Positions 47,402 through 56,993 are shown, counted from the first letter of the stretch. The stretch: 64,000 nucleotides of DNA from an uncultured Candidatus Saccharibacteria bacterium (GCA_964515375.1 CAZERF010000004.1:22012-86011), one strand, 5' to 3'. The notes: generated by a model from the letters alone, not told the origin. Made by a program: numbers and translations.

Positions 47402-48265
47402 TTATTCCGGAGTCGCCTCACGAAAATTTGTTTTAGCGTCCTCTCGTGCGCTCATGATGCGCGGAGCAAGGATATCCTCGATCGCTTTTCCTTCGTATGT
47501 ATCAGAGAAGGGAAGGAAAACCTCAACTGTTCCGCGCGCGTAAGGAGCGACCTGGTAGGGGTTGAAAATGAGTAAGAGTCCTTCCGGAGTGAGTCCGACC
47601 TCGCGAAAATTCTCATACGTTGGTGCGCTTCCCGGGATGATGTGAGTTTGAACATATTCTTCACCGTCATCATGAAAACGTTCCTTGAGAATGCGACGTG
47701 CGGACTCCGAAAGATGGAGTATTGCCGGTGTGCTTGAGGCAAAGAGGTCAATGGTCCCGAGGAGGAGGTGGCGCTCCGTGTCATAATTCACGATGCGGGT
47801 TTCGTTGTTGGGGTGCGCCGCTCCCGCGATATATTCGGACGAATCAAAGCGAAGCGAAAGGAAGGTGGGTGACACAAGGAGGACATGATAGCGCAATGTC
47901 AGGTCGCTCCCTATCGCACCTTCGCGCAGTGCGGCCGGGACATCTTGCGCGTGTTCCTGAAACCGGGCGATGCGGTCGTCGATGTATGAGGCGATAAGCG
48001 CGTTCGCATCCGCGGCGCGCACGGGGTCGCTTGCGATCGCAACGAAGGGGTATTCAATGTTGACCGTCGCATTCTCCTTTGCAAAGGACTCTCGCCGTGT
48101 CTTTGTGGTGATCGTGGGGACTTCGACGGAGGAAAGAGTAAGTTCTGGATCTGATCCCGAGCCAATATCCTCCGCTTGCGACCCGGTATGTCGTGCGTTG
48201 AGCAGGAGGTATCCGCCCCAAGAAAGCACGGCGAACAGGAGCACGAGGATGAGTGACTGTTTCAT
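47402..48265 (-). CDS. membrane-anchored DUF3298/DUF4163-like (RsiV-type) domain protein
   Basis: N-terminal TM helix; general resemblance to RsiV C-terminal domains. Moderate. Confidence 0.45.
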   Translation of the reverse strand: MKQSLILVLLFAVLSWGGYLLLNARHTGSQAEDIGSGSDPELTLSSVEVPTITTKTRRESFAKENATVNIEYPFVAIASDPVRAADANALIASYIDDRIARFQEHAQDVPAALREGAIGSDLTLRYHVLLVSPTFLSLRFDSSEYIAGAAHPNNETRIVNYDTERHLLLGTIDLFASSTPAILHLSESARRILKERFHDDGEEYVQTHIIPGSAPTYENFREVGLTPEGLLLIFNPYQVAPYARGTVEVFLPFSDTYEGKAIEDILAPRIMSAREDAKTNFREATPE

Positions 48266-48313
48266 GTGTTCAGTATACCTCTTGCGGTGAGGTGTTCAAT
48301 CTCGTGTCTCTCT

Positions 48314-48709
48314 TCAGTATCCTTTTTTCTTCGGCAACTTGTCGAAGCGCTCGCGTGCCGAAAGAACTTCATCGAAATGGCTCTCTGCCCATGATGAAAG
48401 GGGTGTCAGCGCGTTGATCAGCGTGCGTCCGATCGGGGAGAGCGCGTACTCGACCTTCGGCGGAACAACGGGGTAGACGGTGCGAGTGATGATCCCGTTG
48501 CGCTCAAGCTTGCGTAGACCTTGAGTGAGGACCTTCTGTGAAATGTCTCCGAGTTCGCGTGCGAGTTCATTGTGGCGGAGGGTGCGCTTGGTAAGCGCGT
48601 GGATGATAAGGACGGTCCATTTGTCGGCAATGAGCGCGAGGACCTCGCGCGAGGGGCACCCCGTCTTCGAGACGTCTCCTTTTGTCTGGTGTTTGCTTTT
48701 AGTATCCAT
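48314..48709 (-). CDS. HxlR family transcriptional regulator
   Basis: 'CPSREVLALIADKWTVLIIHAL...ELARELGDISQKVLTQGLRKLERNGII'. Confidence 0.8.
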   Translation of the reverse strand: MDTKSKHQTKGDVSKTGCPSREVLALIADKWTVLIIHALTKRTLRHNELARELGDISQKVLTQGLRKLERNGIITRTVYPVVPPKVEYALSPIGRTLINALTPLSSWAESHFDEVLSARERFDKLPKKKGY

Positions 48710-48737
48710 AGGGTATGTATACCACAAAAGGGTACAT

Positions 48738-48747
48738 ACTTGCAAGT
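48738..48747. promoter_or_regulatory. palindrome ACTTGCAAGT with downstream half-site repeat TACTTGCATAT (48765-48774); candidate HxlR operator
   Basis: Perfect 10-bp palindrome in the hxlR/nitroreductase divergent gap. Confidence 0.35.
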
Positions 48748-48805
48748 TTTTCTGTACTAACTATACTTGCATATACAAGGATTAATAAGTTCATTGTTTA
48801 ACGAT

Positions 48806-49444
48806 ATGCATGACACAATAAAGAACGCCCTCATGTGGCGCTATGCCGTACAGGCTTTTGATAGTACAAAGAAGCTCTCTGCGACGGAGCTCGAGACCAT
48901 TCTCGAAAGCGGACGATTGTCCCCGAGTTCGATCGGACTTGAGCCGTGGAAGTTCGTTGTTGTCGAGAATCCGGAATTGCGCGCACAGATCCGCGCCGCA
49001 AGCTGGGATCAGTCGAAGGTTACGGACGCGAGTCATCTCATTGTGATCGCGCGCCGCACGAATACACGCTCGACGCTTGCCGATGAGCTCATTGCACGTG
49101 CGAGTGTTGCACAGGGTGTCCCCGCGACCGCACTCGACGGATTGAAGCAAATGGCGGACGGCGGCATTGGAATGCGCGACGATGCGACCCTCGATGCGTG
49201 GAACGCCTCACAGACCTATATTCCGCTCGGTATGATGCTCGCGACGGCGGCCATTCTTGGTATTGATGCCGCTCCGATGGAAGGATTTGATGCCGCGAAG
49301 GTTGATGCAATCTTGGGACTCAAGGAAAAGAACCTTACCGTAACGACCATGCTGACGCTCGGATATCGTAGCGCGGACGACCGTGCCGCGGCGCGTCCCA
49401 AGACCCGCCGCGCGAAGGAGGACGCGATCGAGTACGTGAAGTAA
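48806..49444 (+). CDS. NAD(P)H nitroreductase family protein
   Basis: 'RYAVQAFD', 'GLEPWKFVVV'. Confidence 0.8.
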   Translation: MHDTIKNALMWRYAVQAFDSTKKLSATELETILESGRLSPSSIGLEPWKFVVVENPELRAQIRAASWDQSKVTDASHLIVIARRTNTRSTLADELIARASVAQGVPATALDGLKQMADGGIGMRDDATLDAWNASQTYIPLGMMLATAAILGIDAAPMEGFDAAKVDAILGLKEKNLTVTTMLTLGYRSADDRAAARPKTRRAKEDAIEYVK

Positions 49445-49515
49445 TTCGCTTGCCTTGCCCCGATGGCTGTGGCATTGTGAGATGAGATGTTATGAGGTAA
49501 TCAAAGGAGACGAAC

Positions 49516-50313
49516 ATGACGCATGAACAAACGCATACACGCGGTCCGCTTTCCGGACATGCGTTAGTGCTCGGAGGAAGTGGTGGTATCGGTGTTCCAA
49601 CGGTCATTGCACTCGCGGAGCGAGGAGTATCCGCGTTTACCATCACCTACGGACGCAACAAGGTCGCTGCGGAGGAATTGGCGGAACGGCTGTCGCGGGA
49701 GTTTGGCGTTGAAAAGGTCTTCATTGCGCCACTTCAGGTCCCGATGACGGATGATGACATTGTACACTTTGATCGACTCTTGGAAGACGCGGTGCATCAT
49801 GTCGGCGAAGAGATCACAATTGCGGTCAATACGATCGGCATATCACCGAATACTGAATTGAACATCCAGCGAGTTGATGAATGGCAACACGTCTTCAATG
49901 TCAACGTCATGAGTTCCTTCGCGACGACTCGAGTGATCGCGGAGCGTATGGGGGCAAAGGGGGTTAGAGGCGCGATCACACTCATCACTTCGACCAACGG
50001 GATCAATTCTCAAGCGGAATATTCGGCACATTATGATGCCTCAAAAGCCGCTCAGGCACATATGCTGAAGACTCTTGCCGAACCTTATGCGAAGCGCTAC
50101 GGTATTCGTCTCAACGGCGTCGCTCCCGGCTGGGTTGATACTTCGATGAACAACACGCTTCCTCCGGGAGAGCGAGAGTCTGAAGAAGCAAAGATCTGGC
50201 TCGGAAGATTTGCAGCCCCCGAGGAGATCGCACGAGTCATTGCCTTTCTTTCCGGACCGGACGCATCGTACATCGTCGGTCAGAACATCATGGTTGACGG
50301 AGGATATCGATAA
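49516..50313 (+). CDS. SDR family oxidoreductase
   Basis: 'LVLGGSGGIGV' and the active site 'YDASKAA'. Confidence 0.85.
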   Translation: MTHEQTHTRGPLSGHALVLGGSGGIGVPTVIALAERGVSAFTITYGRNKVAAEELAERLSREFGVEKVFIAPLQVPMTDDDIVHFDRLLEDAVHHVGEEITIAVNTIGISPNTELNIQRVDEWQHVFNVNVMSSFATTRVIAERMGAKGVRGAITLITSTNGINSQAEYSAHYDASKAAQAHMLKTLAEPYAKRYGIRLNGVAPGWVDTSMNNTLPPGERESEEAKIWLGRFAAPEEIARVIAFLSGPDASYIVGQNIMVDGGYR

Positions 50314-50319
50314 TCGTTC

Positions 50320-50350
50320 TTTGAAAAGGACCTCTTGTGAAAGGGGTCTT
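50320..50350 (+). terminator. rho-independent terminator
   Basis: 'gacctcttgtgaaaggggtctttttt'. Confidence 0.55.
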
Positions 50351-50415
50351 TTTTGTGCAAAAAAAACGGCGTCCGAAGACGCCGTGTGGTCACAAAGACC
50401 AAGGAGGTACCGTAC

Positions 50416-50928
50416 TTAACCACGTTCGACGATGTGAAGTTCGACAGGGACATGACCTGGTTCGATCACGTCAAGATCTTCGGCGATCCGCTTTGACAGG
50501 TCGACGATACGACCTTTTGCAAAGGGGCCTCGGTCAGTCACGGTCGCGAGGATCGTTTTGCCGTTTTCCTTGTTCACAATGCAGACCCGCGTTCCGAAGG
50601 GGAGGTGCGGGTGCGCGACGGTGTAGTCGTGCATGTTGTACGGGCGTTGGTTTGCCATCAGTCGCCCATGAAAACGGGGACCATACCATGACGCGTTGCC
50701 GATCTGATATGGCTCGGTTTTTGGGTTGCACGCACGGGCATTGCCTTGTGTATTGTGGATACCATGGTTGTGTGCGTGGGCGACGGAGACGCCGATCGTG
50801 AGGCGGTTGAGTGGTCCGAAAATAGAGATGTCCTTGGTTCTTTCTTCCTGGCTGACGCCGAAAAAAGGACCAAAAATACCTGCCAAAATGACAAGAGGAA
50901 CGAGAAGATATGTTCGGATGAAGGTCAC
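50416..50928 (-). CDS. rlpA: RlpA-like double-psi beta-barrel protein
   Basis: 'GNASWYGPRFHGRLMANQ...TVAHPHLPFGTRVCIVN...ATVTDRGPF'. GTG start with an AAGGAG SD; an alternative ATG is at 50982. Confidence 0.7.
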   Translation of the reverse strand: MTFIRTYLLVPLVILAGIFGPFFGVSQEERTKDISIFGPLNRLTIGVSVAHAHNHGIHNTQGNARACNPKTEPYQIGNASWYGPRFHGRLMANQRPYNMHDYTVAHPHLPFGTRVCIVNKENGKTILATVTDRGPFAKGRIVDLSKRIAEDLDVIEPGHVPVELHIVERG

Positions 50929-51111
50929 TGATGTACTCCTTGAGATTGTTGAAGGAACAGAATGCTCTTTCTTGTATAGCATATCAATACTTAGCTAGTC
51001 AAGTGTTGATACTGTATCATGTCTTCTTGGCTTGTTTCTTGGAATGGCTTTGCTACAATGGTGACCTGATCGCCTTGCGCGGTCTTCTTATTTCACACGC
51101 TCACTACTTTC

Positions 51112-51555
51112 ATGATCGAAGAACGAAAAGAAACGAATATGCAGTATCGCGTCCGTGCGGGACGTTCGAGCGCCGGGCTCGGACTCTTTGCCGAAGAGGC
51201 GATCCCGAAGGGGAAACGGATCATCGAATATGTCGGCAATATCTTGACCGATGTTTCCGATGAGGATACGCCCAACAATCTCTATATCTTCAATATCAGC
51301 AAACATATTGATATCGACGGGTCACCGCGGTGGAACATCGCACGATACGCGAATCATTCCTGTCGCCCCAACGCCGAGAGTGAGATCAAGAAGGGACACG
51401 TATGGCTTGTTGCCAAGCGCAACATCGCTCCCGGCGAGGAGATCTGCTATGACTACGGCAAGGAATATTGGAACGAATATATCAAGCCGAAAGGATGCCG
51501 TTGCGTGAAGTGCGCGGAGAAGAAGGAAAAGCAAAAGGAAAAGACGGGGGAATGA
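51112..51555 (+). CDS. SET domain protein (putative protein-lysine methyltransferase) with post-SET Cys cluster
   Basis: 'GLGLFAEE', 'ARYANHSCRPNAE' (NHSC-PN), 'GEEICYDYG' (ELxxDY) and 'GCRCVKC'. Confidence 0.75.
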   Translation: MIEERKETNMQYRVRAGRSSAGLGLFAEEAIPKGKRIIEYVGNILTDVSDEDTPNNLYIFNISKHIDIDGSPRWNIARYANHSCRPNAESEIKKGHVWLVAKRNIAPGEEICYDYGKEYWNEYIKPKGCRCVKCAEKKEKQKEKTGE

Positions 51556-51590
51556 ACCCTCGTCTTTTTTTTGTTTGAGTTTTGTCGTGT

Positions 51591-53012
51591 TTACGCGTCT
51601 TGGATCGAGAGCGTGTTCGTCTCGCCGTGGATTCCAAAGGGTACTCCAACCACGAGAATGAACGGATCTCCCTTTTTGGTGAAGTGTTCGGCGGCGAGTG
51701 CTTTGCGTGAGCGTGCGAGCGCGTCCTTCATTGTTCTGATCGGAGAGGGGATGCGTGTGGGATAGCAACCGTAGGAGAGGACGAGTTTGCGGTAGGTGTC
51801 CTCGACGGGGGTGAGGACGAGGATGGGAACGATCGGCTTGTGACGTGAGACCATGCGCGCGGTAAAGCCGGACTCGGTGAGTGCAACGATCGCGGTCAAC
51901 TTTTCGTTTCGGACGATGCGCGCCACGGAGGAGCTGACCGCGTCGACAGTTCCACTGGGAAGGGTTTCCATGCGCATGATGTCGCTCTGATAGAGCTCGC
52001 TTCCTTCAATGCGGAGTGCGATGTCGGACATGGTCGTGATCGCGAGGTGGGGATGGATACCGATGGCGGACTCCCCCGAGAGCATGACTGCGTCAGTCCC
52101 GTCAAAGATCGCGTTTGCAACATCGTTCACTTCCGCGCGGGTGGGAGTCGTGTGCGTTGCCATCGAGTCGAGCATTTGTGTCGCGGTAATGACCGGTTTT
52201 CCTGCGGCGTTGCATTTTCTGATGATCGTCTTTTGGATGAGCGGGACCTCTTCTTTGGGGACTTCCACCGCAAGGTCACCGCGCGCGACCATGATCCCGT
52301 CGGCGGAGGCAATGATCGCGTCGAGGTCGTCGACCGCTTGTTGGGTCTCGATCTTGGCGATGATCCCCGCCTCTGCATGATGCGCGGCGATAAGTTCACG
52401 GAGCTTCACGATATCCTTCGCGGTGCGCACGAACGAGAGTGCGATGTAGTCAACCTTGATATCGGTGCCAAAAGTGATATCTTCACGGTCTTTTGGGGTG
52501 ATCGTGTCGGTTGAAAGGAATGCTCCGGGGATGTTGACCCCTCTGCGTGAGCGGATCTCTCCTCCCGTCTCCACGGTCGTAAAGATCTCCTTCGCGGAAG
52601 CGGCAACAACCGAAAGCACGATCTTGCCGTCGTCGAGAAGGATCTTCATTCCCGGTTTTGCCTCCTTGGGAAGTTTGGGGTAGTCGACAAAGACGCCGTG
52701 CTCGTCACCCGGAACTTTTACGGTCGTGAGCGTGAATGGCTTGCCTTCTTCGAGGACGACCTTTCCTCCGGTAAATTCTCCGATACGGATCTTGACCCCG
52801 CTTAGGTCAAGCAGGATCGCGACAGGGAGCTTTAATTTTTTTGAGACCTTTCTGATCCGCTCGATAACAGTGCGATATTCTTCACGATTGCCGTGGGAGC
52901 AGTTGATCCGCGCGACGTTCATTCCGGCTGTGATCATCTTGGTGAGCATGCGTTCGTCTGACGACGCGGGTCCGATCGTCGCAACGATCTTTGTTTTGCG
53001 TAATGTATTCAT
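51591..53012 (-). CDS. pyk: pyruvate kinase
   Basis: 'KIVATIGPAS...MNVARINCSHG'. Confidence 0.9.
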   Translation of the reverse strand: MNTLRKTKIVATIGPASSDERMLTKMITAGMNVARINCSHGNREEYRTVIERIRKVSKKLKLPVAILLDLSGVKIRIGEFTGGKVVLEEGKPFTLTTVKVPGDEHGVFVDYPKLPKEAKPGMKILLDDGKIVLSVVAASAKEIFTTVETGGEIRSRRGVNIPGAFLSTDTITPKDREDITFGTDIKVDYIALSFVRTAKDIVKLRELIAAHHAEAGIIAKIETQQAVDDLDAIIASADGIMVARGDLAVEVPKEEVPLIQKTIIRKCNAAGKPVITATQMLDSMATHTTPTRAEVNDVANAIFDGTDAVMLSGESAIGIHPHLAITTMSDIALRIEGSELYQSDIMRMETLPSGTVDAVSSSVARIVRNEKLTAIVALTESGFTARMVSRHKPIVPILVLTPVEDTYRKLVLSYGCYPTRIPSPIRTMKDALARSRKALAAEHFTKKGDPFILVVGVPFGIHGETNTLSIQDA

Positions 53013-53158
53013 GGGGTGATGATACCATTCCCTCGTGTGTTGACAAAGCGCGGATGCATCGGTCGTTTCTTTGTGAGACTTGTTTTTCTTTATGTTTACG
53101 GATAGTCTTCATTCTTGGAATTTGTTTTTTCAACCACAGCGACAAAAGGAGCTGTATC

Positions 53159-54343
53159 ATGACGCAACAGAAGCAGGTGTATTTGGTGGATGGTGTGCGT
53201 ACCCCGATCGGCGCGTTCAATCGCTCGCTTGCGAGTATGAGCGCGGTCGACCTCGGTGTCATCGCCGCAAAAGCGCTTTTTGCGCGGACGGGGGTTTCTC
53301 CCGAGTTCATCGACGAGATGATGCTCGGTTGTATCCTTCAAACCGGGCAAGGTCAAGGTGTCGCGCGACAGGTCGCCGTCAAGTCGGGGATGCCGATCGA
53401 AACCACGGCCGTCACGATGAACATGCTGTGTGGCTCAGGTCTGCGTGCCGTTGCCGACGCGATGCGATCGATACTTTGCGGTGACGCCGGCATGGTAGTC
53501 GCCGGTGGCGTGGAAAGTATGTCCCAGGCGCCACATTTCGCGCATCTGCGGAGTGCGACGGCGATGGGAGCAAAGTCCTTCGAAGACACGATGATCAAGG
53601 ACGGTCTCACCGAAGCGTTCAGTGGTGTGCACATGGGTATTACCGCAGAGAACCTTGCCGCGAAGTATGGACTCACTCGTGAAGCGCAAGACGCTTTCGC
53701 TTTCGCCTCTCAGGAAAAGGCAGCCAAGGCCATCGCGGCGGGTCGTTTCGTCGACGAGATTGCGCCGGTCCTCCTTCCGCAGAAGAAGGGAGACCCGATT
53801 GCCTTCGCAACCGACGAGCATCCCAAGCTCTCGCCACTCGATGCGCTCGCCAAGATGCGCCCCGCCTTCAAGAAGGATGGGACGGTCACGGCGGGCAACG
53901 CCTCAGGCGTTAACGACGGCGCGGCAGTGCTCTTGGTCGCAAGCGATGAGAAGGTCCGTGAACACGGACTTTCCCCCATGGCGCGTATCGTTTCCTATGC
54001 GTGGGCGGGTGTCGATCCGCAGTTGATGGGGATCGGCCCTGTTCCGGCGACGCAAAAAGCCCTCGCGCGCGCGGGTTGGATGCTTTCTGATCTCGACGTG
54101 ATCGAGGCCAACGAAGCGTTCGCGGCGCAGTCGCTTGCCGTCGGCAAGGAACTCGGCTGGAACTCCGACATCGTCAACGTGAACGGCGGCGCGATCGCGC
54201 TCGGCCACCCCATTGGCGCATCCGGCGCGCGTATCCTGGTCACTCTCATGCACGAAATGAAGAAGCGCGGCGGGAAACGCGGTCTCGCGACACTCTGCAT
54301 CGGTGGCGGTATGGGCATCGCCATGTGTATCGAAGCAGTCTGA
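53159..54343 (+). CDS. acetyl-CoA C-acetyltransferase (thiolase II)
   Basis: AAAGGAG SD; 'VYLVDGVRTPIG', 'NMLCGSGL', 'CIGGGMGIAM'. Confidence 0.9.
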   Translation: MTQQKQVYLVDGVRTPIGAFNRSLASMSAVDLGVIAAKALFARTGVSPEFIDEMMLGCILQTGQGQGVARQVAVKSGMPIETTAVTMNMLCGSGLRAVADAMRSILCGDAGMVVAGGVESMSQAPHFAHLRSATAMGAKSFEDTMIKDGLTEAFSGVHMGITAENLAAKYGLTREAQDAFAFASQEKAAKAIAAGRFVDEIAPVLLPQKKGDPIAFATDEHPKLSPLDALAKMRPAFKKDGTVTAGNASGVNDGAAVLLVASDEKVREHGLSPMARIVSYAWAGVDPQLMGIGPVPATQKALARAGWMLSDLDVIEANEAFAAQSLAVGKELGWNSDIVNVNGGAIALGHPIGASGARILVTLMHEMKKRGGKRGLATLCIGGGMGIAMCIEAV

Positions 54344-54376
54344 TCTTTCTCGCTGTTACTTTTCCCGAATAGGGAA

Positions 54377-54405
54377 CACACCCGTCCTTGTGGCGGGTGT
54401 TTTTT
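54377..54405 (+). terminator. rho-independent terminator
   Basis: 'acacccgtccttgtggcgggtgtttttt'; a second hairpin is at 54411-54440. Confidence 0.75.
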
Positions 54406-54446
54406 AACAACGCCCGTTATGATAACGGGCGTTTTTCTTGTGAGAA

Positions 54447-54728
54447 CTAAAAGTGGACGAAGTTTCCACCTTCTTGTTTCGCGCGATGCACTTCATTCAA
54501 GTACCTCTTGATGAAGCGTAGCGGTGCGCGATGGGCGAGCAATTCCGCTTCTTCGGTGAGGAGTGGCGGTAGATAGGGAAGATCGGCCGCCTCCGCACAT
54601 TCCCGGAGTGTCGATTCAAGTTCTTGAGGAGAATCGATCACCTCCTGTGTTTCAGGGTAGAAACACAAGAGAATGGGGAACATAAAGCGGGGTCGCATAT
54701 AGACAACGAACAATGCAATAGAGCACAT
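54447..54728 (-). CDS. hypothetical protein
   Basis: ORF only. Confidence 0.25.
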   Translation of the reverse strand: MCSIALFVVYMRPRFMFPILLCFYPETQEVIDSPQELESTLRECAEAADLPYLPPLLTEEAELLAHRAPLRFIKRYLNEVHRAKQEGGNFVHF

Positions 54729-54874
54729 GACGCTTCTCCTGGGAACAAAATGGTATTTTTATATTTTAACAAATTTTTTAGTTTTGTCAACTTTTCTCAT
54801 TCTATCCACCTTTGCTTTTTTCTTGTTTTTTGCTACTATGTCTTTCGTGCATGACTCATGCACATGAAAATATT

Positions 54875-54897
54875 CTGGTGTAGTAGAGTGGTGGAGT
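54875..54897 (+). other. degenerate tRNA 5'-half-like fragment
   Basis: 'ctGGTGTAGtagAGTGGTgGAG' compared with the tRNA-Asn 5' half 'ccGGTGTAGctcAGTGGTaGAG'. Confidence 0.3.
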
Positions 54898-55072
54898 GAG
54901 GAGAGGGTAGGGACCCGCTCCGCAAGACCTTTTGACGTCGCAGTGAGTCCGTTCGCGGACGAAGCGAGACACAAAAGGTGTACAGCCTCTGTAAGAGGGT
55001 GCGCGGCAAGCGTACTGCTCGCAGAAAGGTTTCACTCTGTGCTAATGGAGATGCACGAGAATAAATACACAT

Positions 55073-55146
55073 TCCGGTGTAGCTCAGTGGTAGAGCAGTG
55101 CGCTGTTAACGCATTGGTCGCAGGTTCGAATCCTGCCGCCGGAGCC
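55073..55146 (+). tRNA. tRNA-Asn (anticodon GUU)
   Basis: 7-bp acceptor stem (UCCGGUG/CGCCGGA with one G-U), D-loop AGCUCAGUGGUAGAGC, anticodon loop CUGUUAA, T-arm GGUUCGAAUCC, discriminator G; CC is encoded. Confidence 0.85.
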
Positions 55147-55154
55147 GCTAAAGA

Positions 55155-55185
55155 AAACGACCTCGTAAGAGGTCGTTTTCTTTAT
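55155..55185 (+). terminator. rho-independent terminator after tRNA
   Basis: 'aaaacgacctcgtaagaggtcgttttcttt'. Confidence 0.75.
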
Positions 55186-55304
55186 TGCGGCTCCGTGCGG
55201 AGCAATGTGCCTGCGCACATTGCGTCAGGATTCGAAGACCCCGCCGATGTTTTGCTTTGCAAAACCGCCGGGGTGTACCGTCCATGTAATGGAAGAATCC
55301 TGCC

Positions 55305-55361
55305 GCCCCGAGAGCCACAAGAAAACGACCTCGCAAGAGATGGTTTTCTTTGTTTGTATGG
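55305..55361 (+). repeat. degenerate duplicate of tRNA-Asn 3' end plus terminator
   Basis: 'gaatcctgccgcc..aagaaaacgacctcg.aagag...gttttcttt' compared with 55128-55185. Confidence 0.6.
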
Positions 55362-55477
55362 CTCCAAGGTGTGTTAAGGTATTATTGAAGTTGTTCGGTT
55401 GAGAACTTGAATTCGCTCTCTATCTAATTGAGATTATGCTAGATTTCTCAACATCGATTTTACAATTTCGACCTTTA

Positions 55478-56173
55478 TCACTTTTCATTCTCCAAAGCCA
55501 AACGAAGCAAAAAAATCGTATCTTTTTTTAGTTTCGCCCGCGCCCAATCTTTTTGCGAATCGGTAAGCATTTCGCCGAGGCCGTCAAGCATTTTTTTATC
55601 GCTCATTTTTTCAAGCAACTCGATACATTTTTCAAGCGTTTGAGCGAAGGGCATACCGGATCTCATTTCAACAATTTTCCTATTTATCTCCCAAGTATGT
55701 TTTGCAAAAAAATACACATCATACACGTCGCGACTGGTTTTGCCGATGCGCTCGTATAATGTCATCAGTTTATTGGCGTACATATCTTCTTTTGCCATCA
55801 CAAGCATTGAAATTCCAAGAATAGTTTTCAATTCATATTTTGAACCGAAATTTCGGTGGTTTACTTCAATTTTGATATTTTGCGATTTTTCGTTGTAAGA
55901 AAGAACGGTCACCTGTCCAAATCGTTTTATTTTTATATCAACTATTTTTCCGTATCTCTCGGCGATTTTTTGAATTTTAGCAAAAACTTCCTTCTCTTTG
56001 TTTTCATCTAAAAGATCAAGATCAATATCCACGGAATTTCTATCAAGTCCGTAAAAAAGTAAAGCCGCTGTACCGCCTTTAAAACCCAAAAACGGCGCAA
56101 TTGAAGTATCCGAAAAAACATCTTTCAAAATCTGCAACAGTATTGTTTTGTGTTTAGGATAATCCAATGTCAT
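55478..56173 (-). CDS. nucleotidyltransferase AbiEii/AbiGii toxin family protein
   Basis: 'GFKGGTAALLFYGLDRNSVDIDLDL' matches the AbiEii N-terminal GGTAL...R.S.DID motif. Overlaps the upstream partner by ATGA. Confidence 0.8.
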   Translation of the reverse strand: MTLDYPKHKTILLQILKDVFSDTSIAPFLGFKGGTAALLFYGLDRNSVDIDLDLLDENKEKEVFAKIQKIAERYGKIVDIKIKRFGQVTVLSYNEKSQNIKIEVNHRNFGSKYELKTILGISMLVMAKEDMYANKLMTLYERIGKTSRDVYDVYFFAKHTWEINRKIVEMRSGMPFAQTLEKCIELLEKMSDKKMLDGLGEMLTDSQKDWARAKLKKDTIFLLRLALENEK

Positions 56174-56811
56174 ATAGTTTTATCTGACTTATTCGCCTCA
56201 TAATATTTAAAATACTCTTTTACTTTTTTCTCCATTCTTTTGTTTCTGTAAATCGGCAAAATTTCAAAAACCTTTTCCCAATCCAAAATATCCAAATAGT
56301 CAAAATGATAATCTTTGCTGACATATATTCTGTCCAAAAAAGCCCGTTCTTTTGTCGCGATTGAAACGTCGTTTGTCTGTTCAATTCCTACCGTATTGCT
56401 CAACACAAAATCTTTCATTCTCACAAAAGAAATTTTCTGTCCATCGGCTACAATTTCTCGGGTTACATACGAAGCGACGAAAATATTTCCATAATATTGA
56501 AAATTCACCCCTGCGCGAGTTAAGACGGTTTCAAAACTAACATATGATGGCGTATAAATCCGTGTCGCCAACTCAAAACGATTGTAATTTTTGTCTTTGG
56601 CGTATATTCCCCGATGTACCCGAATCAATTTTCCGTTTTTTACATAACTGCTCAATCTGACTTGTATTGCGTTTTCCGCTTCTTGCCCCCAGAGCAAGGC
56701 AATATCTTTTACAGAAAAGACTGTTTTAGGAGATCTCAATACAACCTCCACATATTCACCTTTTTTTAACTTTGTTTCCATAATTATATTGGTTGTGAGG
56801 ATAAAGCTCAT
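56170..56811 (-). CDS. AbiEi antitoxin-like transcriptional regulator (type IV TA partner)
   Basis: 'LIRVHRGIYA' is the AbiEi_4 hallmark; the C-terminal domain is typical. Confidence 0.75.
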   Translation of the reverse strand: MSFILTTNIIMETKLKKGEYVEVVLRSPKTVFSVKDIALLWGQEAENAIQVRLSSYVKNGKLIRVHRGIYAKDKNYNRFELATRIYTPSYVSFETVLTRAGVNFQYYGNIFVASYVTREIVADGQKISFVRMKDFVLSNTVGIEQTNDVSIATKERAFLDRIYVSKDYHFDYLDILDWEKVFEILPIYRNKRMEKKVKEYFKYYEANKSDKTI

Positions 56812-56993
56812 AACCAGTATAATTATATACTATTTTAGAATTTACGCAAGATGCGCTGTGAATATCCTCTTCCCCTCAGATTGCTAACCGCACGTCATCC
56901 CAAGCTCGGATTCGATGCTGTTCTCCCGTATTTGTGAACAATTCCCATCGTGAACAAATCGGAAACTGGTACTGCGGCTGTAAGCCGAGAAAC

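Noticed and set aside
54875-55072. Possible second tRNA or tmRNA upstream of tRNA-Asn
   Set aside because: The 5'-half-like fragment has no matching 3' acceptor strand and no cloverleaf can be built. It is treated as a decayed fragment only.
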